A stretch of DNA of 64,000 nucleotides from Candidatus Omnitrophota bacterium. Lineage in GTDB: Bacteria; Omnitrophota; Gorgyraeia; Zapsychrales; JANLHA01. Each line of letters begins with the position of its first letter. Position 1 is the stretch's first letter. A model generated the notes under the pieces. The model saw nothing but the letters and a program-made list of their open reading frames with translations. It was not told the DNA's origin and did not search any database. Made by a program: the position numbers and the translations under genes. Shown piece after piece: positions 27,268-36,486 of the stretch. Location of the stretch: positions 2,868-66,867 of the forward strand of contig JAHFFT010000001.1 of assembly GCA_023247795.1 (NCBI GenBank). Direction: 5' to 3'.

Positions 27268-29633
27268 AATAGGGCACTTAAATTTTGCAATACTTGCGTC
27301 CTTCTTTTGATGGCCAACCCAAGAATGGTCCAACACAGATCGTCAAAACTCAAACCTGCTTTTTGCGCGGCCATGGGCAAAAGGCTGGTCTCGGTGAAAC
27401 CCGGGATGGTATTGGCCTCCAAAAAATAACTTTGATTCTTTTCATCCAACATAAAGTCCATGCGGGCCAGATCCCTGGCTCCGATCATGGTGTAAATCGC
27501 GAGCGCTATCCTTTGCAGTTCCTGAGCTAATTCTGCCGGTAAATCCGCGGGTACCAGATATTCCGTGAGCCCTTTCTGATATTTGGCCTCGGAATCAAAA
27601 AATTCCCGTTTGGTCCTGATCTCGATCACCGGCAACGGTTCACCGTCGAGGATCCCAACCGTCACTTCCCGTCCCCGGATGTACTGTTCGACGATAACTT
27701 CATCGGCTAAGGCGGCGGCATCCTTCACAGCCTGATCATATTGTTCCGCGGTTCTCACAATGGCCACCCCAAAACTCGACCCTGCACATGCTGGCTTGAC
27801 CACCAACGGAAAAGCCATGCGGCACGCATCCAAAGAGTTCAAATCACGCACTGCGATCCGTTGATAAGCCGCCACGTTGATGTGTTGGCCGCTTACAAAA
27901 TCCTGCATTTTCCCTTTATGAAAAGCCAGCCGGCTTGGCCCTACGCCGGAACCGGTATAGACAAACTTCCCTTCTTCCAAAATCGTCTGCAACTGGCCGT
28001 CCTCGCCAAAATCGCCGTGCAGCGCGTTGAAAACAACATCGACCTCCTTTTCAAAAAGCAGGGATAAAATTGTTTTCCGATCGGTCGAAGTCAAATCAAA
28101 TGCGGAGACCCTGGCACCTTTTCTTTTCAAGGCTTCATAAATCGCTTTGCCTGATTTCAAAGAAACATCCCTTTCCGGAGAAACCCCGCCCATCACGACG
28201 GCAATATGGTCGGTCTGCTTGGAAGGACTGATCAACGACGCGGTCACCTGATCCGGCGATCTTCTTTCCTTAAGCCGCTGCACAAGGATATCTGATATCT
28301 GTGTGATGTCCCCCGCGCCCAGAGTCAGCACCAGATCACCGGGCTGAACGATTTTGAGAATGTGTTCGACAATCTGTTCTTTGCGTAAATAAATCGCTTC
28401 AGAAAAATCCCTGGCTTTCAGCCGGTCACAGATGTCCTGAGCGCTGATCTGATTATTATTTTCTTCACTCGCGGCATAGATATCGGTCACGATCAAGCGG
28501 TCCGTCAACATGAGACTACTGATGAATTCTTCCAACAAAAATTTCGTTCTGGAAAAACGATGCGGTTGAAAAATGGTGATGATCCGCTTTTTATTCAAAC
28601 TGCGCGCCGTCTTCAGCGTCTGTATGATCTCCGTCGGATGATGTCCGTAATCATCCACAACGCTGATGTCATCGACTTCCCCCTTCCATTGGAATCGGCG
28701 TTTGACGCCCTGGTAAATCTGCAGCGACTGCTGCATCATCGAAAAAGACAACTCCAATTCTAACCCGACCGCGATCGCGGCCAGAGAGTTAAGGATGTTA
28801 TGTTCTCCGGGAACGGCTAAGATCACCGGGCCCAACAAGCGGCCCTGCAAATAACAATCATATTGAGAATGGCCTCCACCGTCGGCGAGTTTTTGAATGT
28901 TGCGCGCCTGCAATTCATTATGATCTAAGAAACCATAGGTGAGGAACCGACGTGATGAGCGTTTCACAATACTCTTTAACGTTTCCTGATCTCCCCAGGC
29001 AATGACCTTTCCCTGCGGCTGGGTCTGCTGGATGAACTGTTGATACGCCCCGACGATATGCTGCAGGCTGCGATAATAATCCAGATGTTCCATGTCCAAA
29101 TTGGTGACCACCGAAAGGAAGGGATAAAAGCATAAAAACGTCCCATCACTTTCATCGATCTCAGCGACAAAATGTTTACCGCGGCCAACCCGGGCGTGAT
29201 TTTCGGTTCCGCGGATGATCCCGCCGACCGCCGTTGAAGGATCCAGCCCCGCGTGGATGAGCAGATTGGCAATCATTGCCGTCGTGGTGGTTTTCCCGTG
29301 CGCCCCGGCGATCGTTATCCCAATATATGTTTGCATCAATTCGGCAAGGCATTCCGCTCGTCTTAAAATCCGTAAATCCCTTCGTTTGGCCTCCTGCAAT
29401 TCCGGATTATCAAGGGAGACCGCCGAGGAATAAACAACCACCGGCGCCCCGTCGAGATTAGCGGCAGCATGACCGATGGCGATCCTGGCACCTTGTTCAC
29501 GCAGTTTCCGCACCATTTTATTTTCAGTAGTATCAGAGCCGCTCACCTGACAGCCCTGGCGCAGCATGAGCGAGGCAATCGTGCCGACCCCAATCCCGCC
29601 AATTCCGATGAAATGATATTTTTTCTCCATCAC
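27264..29633 (-). CDS. murC: Bifunctional UDP-N-acetylmuramate--L-alanine ligase / D-alanine--D-alanine ligase (MurC-Ddl fusion)
   Basis: The N-terminal half is MurC (HFIGIGGIGVGTIASLMLRQGCQVSGSD; ITIAGAHGKTTTTAMIANLL). The C-terminal half is Ddl (IAVVMGGVSPERDVSLKSG; ATP-grasp EANTIPGFTETS). It is one continuous 789-aa ORF. Confidence 0.9.
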   Translation of the reverse strand: MMEKKYHFIGIGGIGVGTIASLMLRQGCQVSGSDTTENKMVRKLREQGARIAIGHAAANLDGAPVVVYSSAVSLDNPELQEAKRRDLRILRRAECLAELMQTYIGITIAGAHGKTTTTAMIANLLIHAGLDPSTAVGGIIRGTENHARVGRGKHFVAEIDESDGTFLCFYPFLSVVTNLDMEHLDYYRSLQHIVGAYQQFIQQTQPQGKVIAWGDQETLKSIVKRSSRRFLTYGFLDHNELQARNIQKLADGGGHSQYDCYLQGRLLGPVILAVPGEHNILNSLAAIAVGLELELSFSMMQQSLQIYQGVKRRFQWKGEVDDISVVDDYGHHPTEIIQTLKTARSLNKKRIITIFQPHRFSRTKFLLEEFISSLMLTDRLIVTDIYAASEENNNQISAQDICDRLKARDFSEAIYLRKEQIVEHILKIVQPGDLVLTLGAGDITQISDILVQRLKERRSPDQVTASLISPSKQTDHIAVVMGGVSPERDVSLKSGKAIYEALKRKGARVSAFDLTSTDRKTILSLLFEKEVDVVFNALHGDFGEDGQLQTILEEGKFVYTGSGVGPSRLAFHKGKMQDFVSGQHINVAAYQRIAVRDLNSLDACRMAFPLVVKPACAGSSFGVAIVRTAEQYDQAVKDAAALADEVIVEQYIRGREVTVGILDGEPLPVIEIRTKREFFDSEAKYQKGLTEYLVPADLPAELAQELQRIALAIYTMIGARDLARMDFMLDEKNQSYFLEANTIPGFTETSLLPMAAQKAGLSFDDLCWTILGLAIKRRTQVLQNLSALL

Positions 29634-29640
29634 GTTCCTT

Positions 29641-30447
29641 TCATTCTTCTTTCAATAAAAAATCATACCAGGCGGAATTCAAATCGTTAAGCGATTTTAT
29701 TTTTAAATAAACACTGTCCAAAGCCGAATCCATGGTCAGTCCCTCATTCAATTTTTGACAAAAACGAAGAAACCGCGCATTATCCAATTGATTGATGATA
29801 AAAGAAACCGCGCTGGCCGATTCCGCGTAATACAAGTCAACGATCTCTTCATTTGTCGTGTCGTCCAATTTCATCAACGCCAATTGCGATAAAGGAATGA
29901 ATCGATTTTCTCTGATCGCTTGTCTGACTTGGGCCTGCGCCGATGCTCGTCTGGCCTTTTCCTGAAAACACGCCACACCTTCATCCAGCCATAAAGGGAA
30001 ATCGGTGTCCTCGCCGGCAAACTCGCGAAAAATGATATGTCCCAATTCATGCGGTAATATGGTATCAAAAAAACCGCTGTCCTGAGGAAAGGTGGCGATC
30101 ACCTTTTGCCGAATGTCCGCCGCACCGTGCGACCAATGCGTCATGTTGGTCGATTGAACATACTTTTCTTGCGAGTCATAAATATAAATTTTCGCGCGGT
30201 TGTTGTACGACCAGCCTTTGTAACGAGTGAACCCTAAGTCGGCCGTAATGCTCTCATAATATTGTTCGGCGGATTCAGCAACCGTTTTCGCGAAATCTTT
30301 TGGCGTCTTCTGATAATAAACCGAAAAATGATCCGTGCGCTCTTCCTGCCATTGGTCTTCATCAGCCTGAACGCCGATGCTAAAAATTCCAAACAAAAAC
30401 ACACCCAGTAAACAAAAAACGAAATGGCTCAGGCGACTTTTCTTCAT
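29641..30447 (-). CDS. Secreted HExxH zinc-metallopeptidase-like protein (peptidase MA-type), inserted in the dcw cluster
   Basis: Start set at MKKSRLSHFVFCLLGVFLFGIFSIGVQA (signal peptide; ATGA overlap with the murG stop). ILPHELGHIIFREF is an HExxH motif, and there is a downstream Glu (LWLDEG). Confidence 0.6.
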   Translation of the reverse strand: MKKSRLSHFVFCLLGVFLFGIFSIGVQADEDQWQEERTDHFSVYYQKTPKDFAKTVAESAEQYYESITADLGFTRYKGWSYNNRAKIYIYDSQEKYVQSTNMTHWSHGAADIRQKVIATFPQDSGFFDTILPHELGHIIFREFAGEDTDFPLWLDEGVACFQEKARRASAQAQVRQAIRENRFIPLSQLALMKLDDTTNEEIVDLYYAESASAVSFIINQLDNARFLRFCQKLNEGLTMDSALDSVYLKIKSLNDLNSAWYDFLLKEE

Positions 30448-31517
30448 AAAAATGCAACCGCCGCTTGGGCGATCCTTTGGGCGGCATTCGGAAAAAATAA
30501 TTTCTCCTCCACCTTTTTCCAATCTCCACCACCCACTGGAATTTGCGTGAGAGCTATGACAGCATCGGCCAATGATCTCGCGTTCAACTCCCTTTCTTCC
30601 AATTTTCGAAACATCGGGAATTCAGCCAATTGCCCAGCATTTTCATTTTGATGGCCGTCAGCATGCGGATAAGGAATCATAATGGCCTTTTTTTGCAGGG
30701 TTACAATTTCAGTAATGGTAACCGCGCCTGCGCGACAGATCACCAGATCGGCGCAGGAATAGAGTTTCATGATTTCCTTTGAGAAAGGTTGAACATAGCA
30801 GGGAATCGAGAACGCCTGATACCTCGCCTTGACCCATTCATAATCACTTGGCCCCGTCAAATGGATCACCTGGATCGCTCGCTGATCTTTCACAAGCGAG
30901 ATCGAGTCCAAAAACACTTGATTGACGGTGCGGCTGCCCTGCGATCCCCCAAAAACCAAAATGGTCAAACGCCCGGTCTCAAGCTGAAACCTCTCTTGCA
31001 ATTCCTCACGCGACAAAGTCCGGTCCGGCGTTTGGCACGGGCAACCGGTCAAGACTGTTTTTCCCGTCGGAAAATAAGCCTCACTGGCTTTAAAACTGAT
31101 CGCGACCTTTCTGGCAAAAGGGATTAAACAGCAATTGGCCTTTCCAGGACGAACATTCTGCTCATGCAGCAAAACCGGAATCCCCGAGAAACTCCCCATA
31201 AACACAAAAGGGAACGAAGCATAACTGCCAAATCCGATGATGCGGTCCGCCTTGATGCAGCGCAAAAATTCCTTTGCCTGAAATAATGACCGGATGAGGA
31301 GATATCCGCATCGCCCAAGTCCAAAAAGCGAACGGCCAGACCACCCACTCACCACCGTCTCAAAAACACGAAAATTTTTTTCTTGAATGACCGGCTTGAA
31401 AGCACCGAACTTTCCGGCAAAAATCACTTCGTGTCCCGCCGCTTTCAACTCTTCGGCAACTCGCAGGGCCGGATAAATATGCCCGCCGCTTCCGCCGGTA
31501 GCTAATAGCATTTTCAT
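30444..31517 (-). CDS. murG: UDP-N-acetylglucosamine--N-acetylmuramyl-(pentapeptide) pyrophosphoryl-undecaprenol N-acetylglucosamine transferase MurG
   Basis: MKMLLATGGSGGHIYPALRVAEEL (the G-loop of GT28), and the C-terminal domain ADLVICRAGAVTITE. Confidence 0.9.
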   Translation of the reverse strand: MKMLLATGGSGGHIYPALRVAEELKAAGHEVIFAGKFGAFKPVIQEKNFRVFETVVSGWSGRSLFGLGRCGYLLIRSLFQAKEFLRCIKADRIIGFGSYASFPFVFMGSFSGIPVLLHEQNVRPGKANCCLIPFARKVAISFKASEAYFPTGKTVLTGCPCQTPDRTLSREELQERFQLETGRLTILVFGGSQGSRTVNQVFLDSISLVKDQRAIQVIHLTGPSDYEWVKARYQAFSIPCYVQPFSKEIMKLYSCADLVICRAGAVTITEIVTLQKKAIMIPYPHADGHQNENAGQLAEFPMFRKLEERELNARSLADAVIALTQIPVGGGDWKKVEEKLFFPNAAQRIAQAAVAFL

Positions 31518-31518
31518 T

Positions 31519-32613
31519 TTAAGTTTGCGAATCCTGAACGCGCGAAATGTTCAATAACAAGGCCACCGCCAAAAGATTGACGATCAACGCCGAGCCTCCA
31601 TAACTGATAAAAGGAAGCGGCAGGCCTTTGGTCGGCAAAGCGCCGATACTGACTCCGACATTGACCATGGCCTGAAGACCGATCATAAAAACAATCCCCA
31701 TCGCGAGAAAATAGCCGAAGGGATCCATCGTGTTTTTGACAATCCTGGTCCCTTGCCAAATGAAACAGACAAAAAGGACAATGACCGCGAAGGCCCCCAA
31801 GAACCCCAATTCTTCACCAATGATGGATAAAATGAAATCGGTATGCGCCGCTGGAAGATAAAATAATTTTTGCACACTCTTGCCCAGGCCGACGCCAAAT
31901 ATCCCGCCGGAACCTAAAGCAATCTGCGATTGAATCAACTGAAAACCTGCTCCCTGGCTGTCGCTCCAAGGATCTAAAAAAATCATGATCCGCCGCCATC
32001 GATAAGGCACCATCATGACCAAAAAATAAAACGCCGGGATTACGGCCAAGGCTATGCCAAACAAAATTTCCAGACGCATTCCGGCCGTAAACAATAAAAC
32101 AAAGGCGATACTGGCAATCACCAGAGCACTTCCCAAATCCGGCTGCTTAAGAATCAAAAGACAGGTCACCCCCACAACCAGGCACAAAGGGATCACCCCT
32201 TCCCGCATTTGCTGTATTTGCTGCTGTTTCCTCGCCAAATAATCCGCGGCGTAAAGCAGAATCGCCAATTTAGCAAATTCCGAAGGTTGGATATAAAACG
32301 ACCCGATATGAAACCACCGACGAGCGCCAAAGCTGAGTTTGCCAATACCGGGGATGAGCACAACGACCAAAAGAAAGATCGATAACAACATGAGCGGTTT
32401 GGCCAAATGTCGAAGGTCACGATAATCGAAACCCAATGACAAAAAAGCCAACAACAACCCGACCAACAAAAAAAGCAAATGCCGTTTGAGAAAATAAAGA
32501 TTATCACCAAGTTCATGCATGGCATAGACGCCACTTGAACTGTAGATCATAATCACCCCTAAAAAAATGAGGATCGAAACAATGAAAACAATGGATATTC
32601 GCAGATGACGCAT
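31519..32613 (-). CDS. ftsW: Peptidoglycan glycosyltransferase FtsW (SEDS family)
   Basis: About 10 TM. SEDS motifs (YIQPSEFAKLAILLY, ILKQPDLGSALV, GSGGIFGVGLGKS). Confidence 0.85.
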   Translation of the reverse strand: MRHLRISIVFIVSILIFLGVIMIYSSSGVYAMHELGDNLYFLKRHLLFLLVGLLLAFLSLGFDYRDLRHLAKPLMLLSIFLLVVVLIPGIGKLSFGARRWFHIGSFYIQPSEFAKLAILLYAADYLARKQQQIQQMREGVIPLCLVVGVTCLLILKQPDLGSALVIASIAFVLLFTAGMRLEILFGIALAVIPAFYFLVMMVPYRWRRIMIFLDPWSDSQGAGFQLIQSQIALGSGGIFGVGLGKSVQKLFYLPAAHTDFILSIIGEELGFLGAFAVIVLFVCFIWQGTRIVKNTMDPFGYFLAMGIVFMIGLQAMVNVGVSIGALPTKGLPLPFISYGGSALIVNLLAVALLLNISRVQDSQT

Positions 32614-32626
32614 AAAAAGGATTAAC

Positions 32627-33949
32627 TCACTTTGATTTTTTTAAATCCTTCGATGATGCTTCGCATAGTCCACCCTGTTCAAACTTTTCTTTCAACATTT
32701 CAACCAGCTGTTTGAAACGCGAACCGCGCTCCTCAAAATTTTTAAACATGTCATAACTCGCGCACATCGGACTCAACAAAATGCAATCACCGGCCTGCGA
32801 ATTTTGATAGGCGGTCGCCAGCGCGTCCTCAAGCGTTTCACATTCCCGGACCGGAACCAGATGATGAAAACACTGCTTGATCTTTTCTTTCGCCTCGCCG
32901 ATGACGATCATCGTCTTGACTTTTTGCCGCACGATGTCCTGAATGGTTGAAAAATCAATGTTCTTGTCTCTCCCACCACAAATGAGCAAGACCGGGCATG
33001 AGATGTTCGCTAAGGCCCAGGCCGTTGCTTGCGCCGTGGTCGATTTGGAATCGTTGATAAACTCAACCCCTCGCAAAAGACCTAATTTCTCCATACGATG
33101 TTCCACCCCGCGGAATTCCGAAAAAATTTTGCGATAAATGTCTGGAGCAATATTTAAAACCCGACAAACTTGGGCCACCGCCCATTGGTTCTGGTTCAAA
33201 CCACTTTCCTTTCGTTGCTGCTCCTCGCTGTTAAAATAAAAGACCTTCGGGGTCAATCCCTGGATCCGCTGACTTAACGGATCACCCGCATTGATCACCG
33301 CAAAATCGGCTTGGGACTGATTCATAAACATCCGCTGTTTGATTTGAAAATATTCTTCCAAATTCGCGTGACGATCAAGATGATTTTGCGAGACGTTCGT
33401 CAAGACCGCGATCTTGGGACAAAATGCGCTAATCAACTCCAACTGAAAAGAACTGACTTCTAAGACGATAAAATCAATCCCACGAAGATCTAAGACCGCC
33501 TCGGAAAACGGCCAGCCGATGTTGCCGCATAAATGAACATGATAGCCGGCTTCGGTCAGAACCCTCGCCGTCAAATGCGACACGGTTGTTTTACCATTGC
33601 TGCCGGTGATGGCGATGATCGGGACCGGACAAAAGCGGTAAGCGAACTCAATTTCCGACCAAACCGTAACCCCTTTGCCCCTCGCCCACTTGACCGCGTC
33701 ACAGTTGAGATTGATCCCTGGACTCACAATCAAAAAATCGCTCTGCTCGATAAAATCCTTGGTATGGCCGCCGGTTTCTAAACGGATTTTATTTTGCTCA
33801 ATCCACTCGCGGAGAGCCGGAGTCAACTGGTCTTCAACGGCCTTTTCAGAAACCTTGACCTTGGCCCCTTTTGCCAGGCCCAAGGCCGCCGCAGCCTGAC
33901 CACTTTTCCCCGCGCCTAAAACCGTAACGATTTTTCCGGTCAAATCCAT
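32627..33949 (-). CDS. murD: UDP-N-acetylmuramoylalanine--D-glutamate ligase MurD
   Basis: Start set at MDLTGKIVTVLGAGKSG (TGATG overlap with the mraY stop; the ORF track extends to 34006). The Mur ligase P-loop IAITGSNGKTTV is present. Confidence 0.9.
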   Translation of the reverse strand: MDLTGKIVTVLGAGKSGQAAAALGLAKGAKVKVSEKAVEDQLTPALREWIEQNKIRLETGGHTKDFIEQSDFLIVSPGINLNCDAVKWARGKGVTVWSEIEFAYRFCPVPIIAITGSNGKTTVSHLTARVLTEAGYHVHLCGNIGWPFSEAVLDLRGIDFIVLEVSSFQLELISAFCPKIAVLTNVSQNHLDRHANLEEYFQIKQRMFMNQSQADFAVINAGDPLSQRIQGLTPKVFYFNSEEQQRKESGLNQNQWAVAQVCRVLNIAPDIYRKIFSEFRGVEHRMEKLGLLRGVEFINDSKSTTAQATAWALANISCPVLLICGGRDKNIDFSTIQDIVRQKVKTMIVIGEAKEKIKQCFHHLVPVRECETLEDALATAYQNSQAGDCILLSPMCASYDMFKNFEERGSRFKQLVEMLKEKFEQGGLCEASSKDLKKSK

Positions 33950-35034
33950 CAACGAATTTTTAAAGTCATCAAGGTTAATAGAGCGAAAATGATCCCCAAG
34001 ATCCAAAATCGAATGATGATCTTTGACTCATGCCAACCACTTAACTGCAGGTGATGATGCAGCGGGGAGACTTTGAAAATCCTTTTCCGTCGGGTACGGA
34101 CCGAAATCACTTGCAAAATGACCGAGAGCGCTTCGATCACAAAGACACCGCCCAAAATCACCATGAGCAATTCTTTCTTGATCAACACCGCGATCACCCC
34201 GATCGTTCCGCCGAGGGCCAAAGATCCGGTATCTCCCATGAATATCGTTGCTGGGTGAGCGTTGAACCACAGGAAACCCAGACTAGCACCAAGGATCGCG
34301 GCACAAAAAATCGTGAGTTCCCCGGCCTCGGCCACATAGGGCAGAAAAAGGTATTCGCTGAAACGGCTGTGTCCGGTGATATAACAGAGTATCGCCAACG
34401 TGGCACTGACAATCAAAACACTGCCAATGGCTAATCCATCCAGCCCGTCGGTCAAATTCACAGCGTTGGAACTGCCGATGACAACCAGTGCGGCAAACGG
34501 TATGTAAAGGACTCCTAAATCGATCAAATGTTTGAAGAACGGCATGTCCAGGCGGCTGGATAAGGAAGGATGAAAATAAACAAAGGCCCCAATAAAACAT
34601 CCTAAAAAAACCTGCCAAAGCATTTTTGTTCTTGGCCGCAATCCCCGATGAGGCTTAAGCCCTTTCAATTTTGTATAATCATCAATCGCCCCTAAAACGC
34701 TCAAGTAAAGACAGGTGAATAGCGTCAACAAAATCAATCGGTTGCTCAAATCGGCCCATAGCAAAACGGAAAGAACAATGCTACCGATGATAAAGACCCC
34801 GCCCATCGTCGGGGTCCCCTCCTTACTGACTTGCAAATGATCCAAAGCCGGACAATCCTCCCGCTTGGCGCGCTCGCGAATTCTAAGGGCGATGAAATAA
34901 CGGGTAAAGATCGGGGCAAAATAAATACAGGACGCGAAAGTTGTCACCGCTGCCATGGCCGCGCGGAACGTGATATATTTGAAAATGTTTAAAAGAGGAA
35001 AAAATTCACGCAATTCCGCCAAAAGATAAAACAT
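33949..35034 (-). CDS. mraY: Phospho-N-acetylmuramoyl-pentapeptide transferase MraY
   Basis: MFYLLAELREF...NIFKYITFRAAMAA, then NAVNLTDGLDGLA and the MraY DD and HHH motif regions. 10 TM. Confidence 0.9.
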   Translation of the reverse strand: MFYLLAELREFFPLLNIFKYITFRAAMAAVTTFASCIYFAPIFTRYFIALRIRERAKREDCPALDHLQVSKEGTPTMGGVFIIGSIVLSVLLWADLSNRLILLTLFTCLYLSVLGAIDDYTKLKGLKPHRGLRPRTKMLWQVFLGCFIGAFVYFHPSLSSRLDMPFFKHLIDLGVLYIPFAALVVIGSSNAVNLTDGLDGLAIGSVLIVSATLAILCYITGHSRFSEYLFLPYVAEAGELTIFCAAILGASLGFLWFNAHPATIFMGDTGSLALGGTIGVIAVLIKKELLMVILGGVFVIEALSVILQVISVRTRRKRIFKVSPLHHHLQLSGWHESKIIIRFWILGIIFALLTLMTLKIR

Positions 35035-35075
35035 GTTCGCCCCTTTGTTGCTGTTTGACGCCGCTTGTTATAACG

Positions 35076-36452
35076 TCAATCTTTTGAAAAATGTTTGGTT
35101 AAAAATACAACTGTTTTTTCCATCTGCATCGCCCGCGAACCCTTGACCAGCAAGACATCCTCGGGCTGGCAGACCTTGGCCAATCTTCGATGCAACTGCA
35201 ATCGGTCCGAAAAATGCTCAACCAGAACAGCTGGGTTTCGACGGACCGCTCCCTCGCTAATCAAACGTGAATTTGTACCAAATGTCAAGATTTGACGGAT
35301 CCCTAAATCCGCGGCCAACGTTCCCATGGCCAGATGCGAAGGCCCGCTCCATTCTCCCAACTCCAGCATATCCGCCGCCACCAAAATCCGCTTTTTTCTC
35401 GTCGGCCAGGCTGCCAATGTCTTCAATGCACTGCGAAAAGAAACAGGATTGGCATTATACACATCATCAATGACCATGACACCACCAATGGATTTGATCG
35501 TCTGCCGGGAACAATCGAAATCAAAAGTCTTAAGTTGCCGGCGGATGGTCTGATACCCGACTCGAAATACCCGCCCGCAGGAAATGGCGGCTAAGGCATT
35601 GTACACGTTGGCCTCGACCGGAGTGTTCAACTCAAATTTTTGTCCGTCGATTCTAAATTGGATTTGCTGTCCCCGACCAAGCAAAACCTTCTCTGCTCTA
35701 AAATCCGCGTCGCCCTTGATCCCGTAAGTCAAGATCCGGTCTTTCCATACGCGGCTGAGCAGTTTCCTTAACCAAGGATCATCGCTGTTGATCAAAATCT
35801 TTCCTCCTTTATCCATCCCTTTCAGCACTTGAATTTTTTCCTGAAAAACTTTGGCCGGACTCTTGAGTTTTTCTAAATGTGCCTCGCCAATGTTGGTGAG
35901 AACGGTAAAAGTGGGATGAACGATCGACGTCAGCCAGGCGATATCCCCAGGCTGATTGGTCCCGAGTTCCAGAACAGCCATTTGATGCTGCTTGGTCAAT
36001 TGGAACAATGTCAAAGGAACGCCGATAAAATTGTTAAACGAGCCGGTATTTTTCAAAACCCGGTAACGGGCCGCCAAGACCTGCGCTACCAATTCTTTGG
36101 TTGTGGTTTTACCCGCCGATCCAGTAACGGCAATCACCGGTATGGAAAATTTCCGACGGTGCGCGGCTGCCAACCGTCCCAAAGCCTTGGTGGTGTCGTC
36201 CACGTTGATGACGCTTACGTCACGCGGGACCGATCGCACCGATTTGGCAACAACAACGGCTCCCGCTCCTTGACGTACCGCTGCTCGAACAAATTGATGT
36301 CCATCGAGCCGATGACCTTGGATGGCAAAAAAAATATCACCGGTCTTGACCGAACGCGAATCAATGCTGACCCGATGAAACTCTTGATTTTTTCGCGACT
36401 GCGTGATCATTCCCTTAACCGCCCTTGCAATTTCCTTAACGGTTCCAATCAT
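35076..36452 (-). CDS. murF: UDP-N-acetylmuramoyl-tripeptide--D-alanyl-D-alanine ligase MurF
   Basis: Start set at MIGTVKEIARAV, which has a GGTGGGG RBS; the ORF track extends to 36560. VIAVTGSAGKTTTKEL P-loop, then the Mur ligase middle and C-terminal domains. Confidence 0.85.
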   Translation of the reverse strand: MIGTVKEIARAVKGMITQSRKNQEFHRVSIDSRSVKTGDIFFAIQGHRLDGHQFVRAAVRQGAGAVVVAKSVRSVPRDVSVINVDDTTKALGRLAAAHRRKFSIPVIAVTGSAGKTTTKELVAQVLAARYRVLKNTGSFNNFIGVPLTLFQLTKQHQMAVLELGTNQPGDIAWLTSIVHPTFTVLTNIGEAHLEKLKSPAKVFQEKIQVLKGMDKGGKILINSDDPWLRKLLSRVWKDRILTYGIKGDADFRAEKVLLGRGQQIQFRIDGQKFELNTPVEANVYNALAAISCGRVFRVGYQTIRRQLKTFDFDCSRQTIKSIGGVMVIDDVYNANPVSFRSALKTLAAWPTRKKRILVAADMLELGEWSGPSHLAMGTLAADLGIRQILTFGTNSRLISEGAVRRNPAVLVEHFSDRLQLHRRLAKVCQPEDVLLVKGSRAMQMEKTVVFLTKHFSKD

Positions 36453-36486
36453 CTTTACCCCACCCCCGAAAACAAACTTTTGCAAG

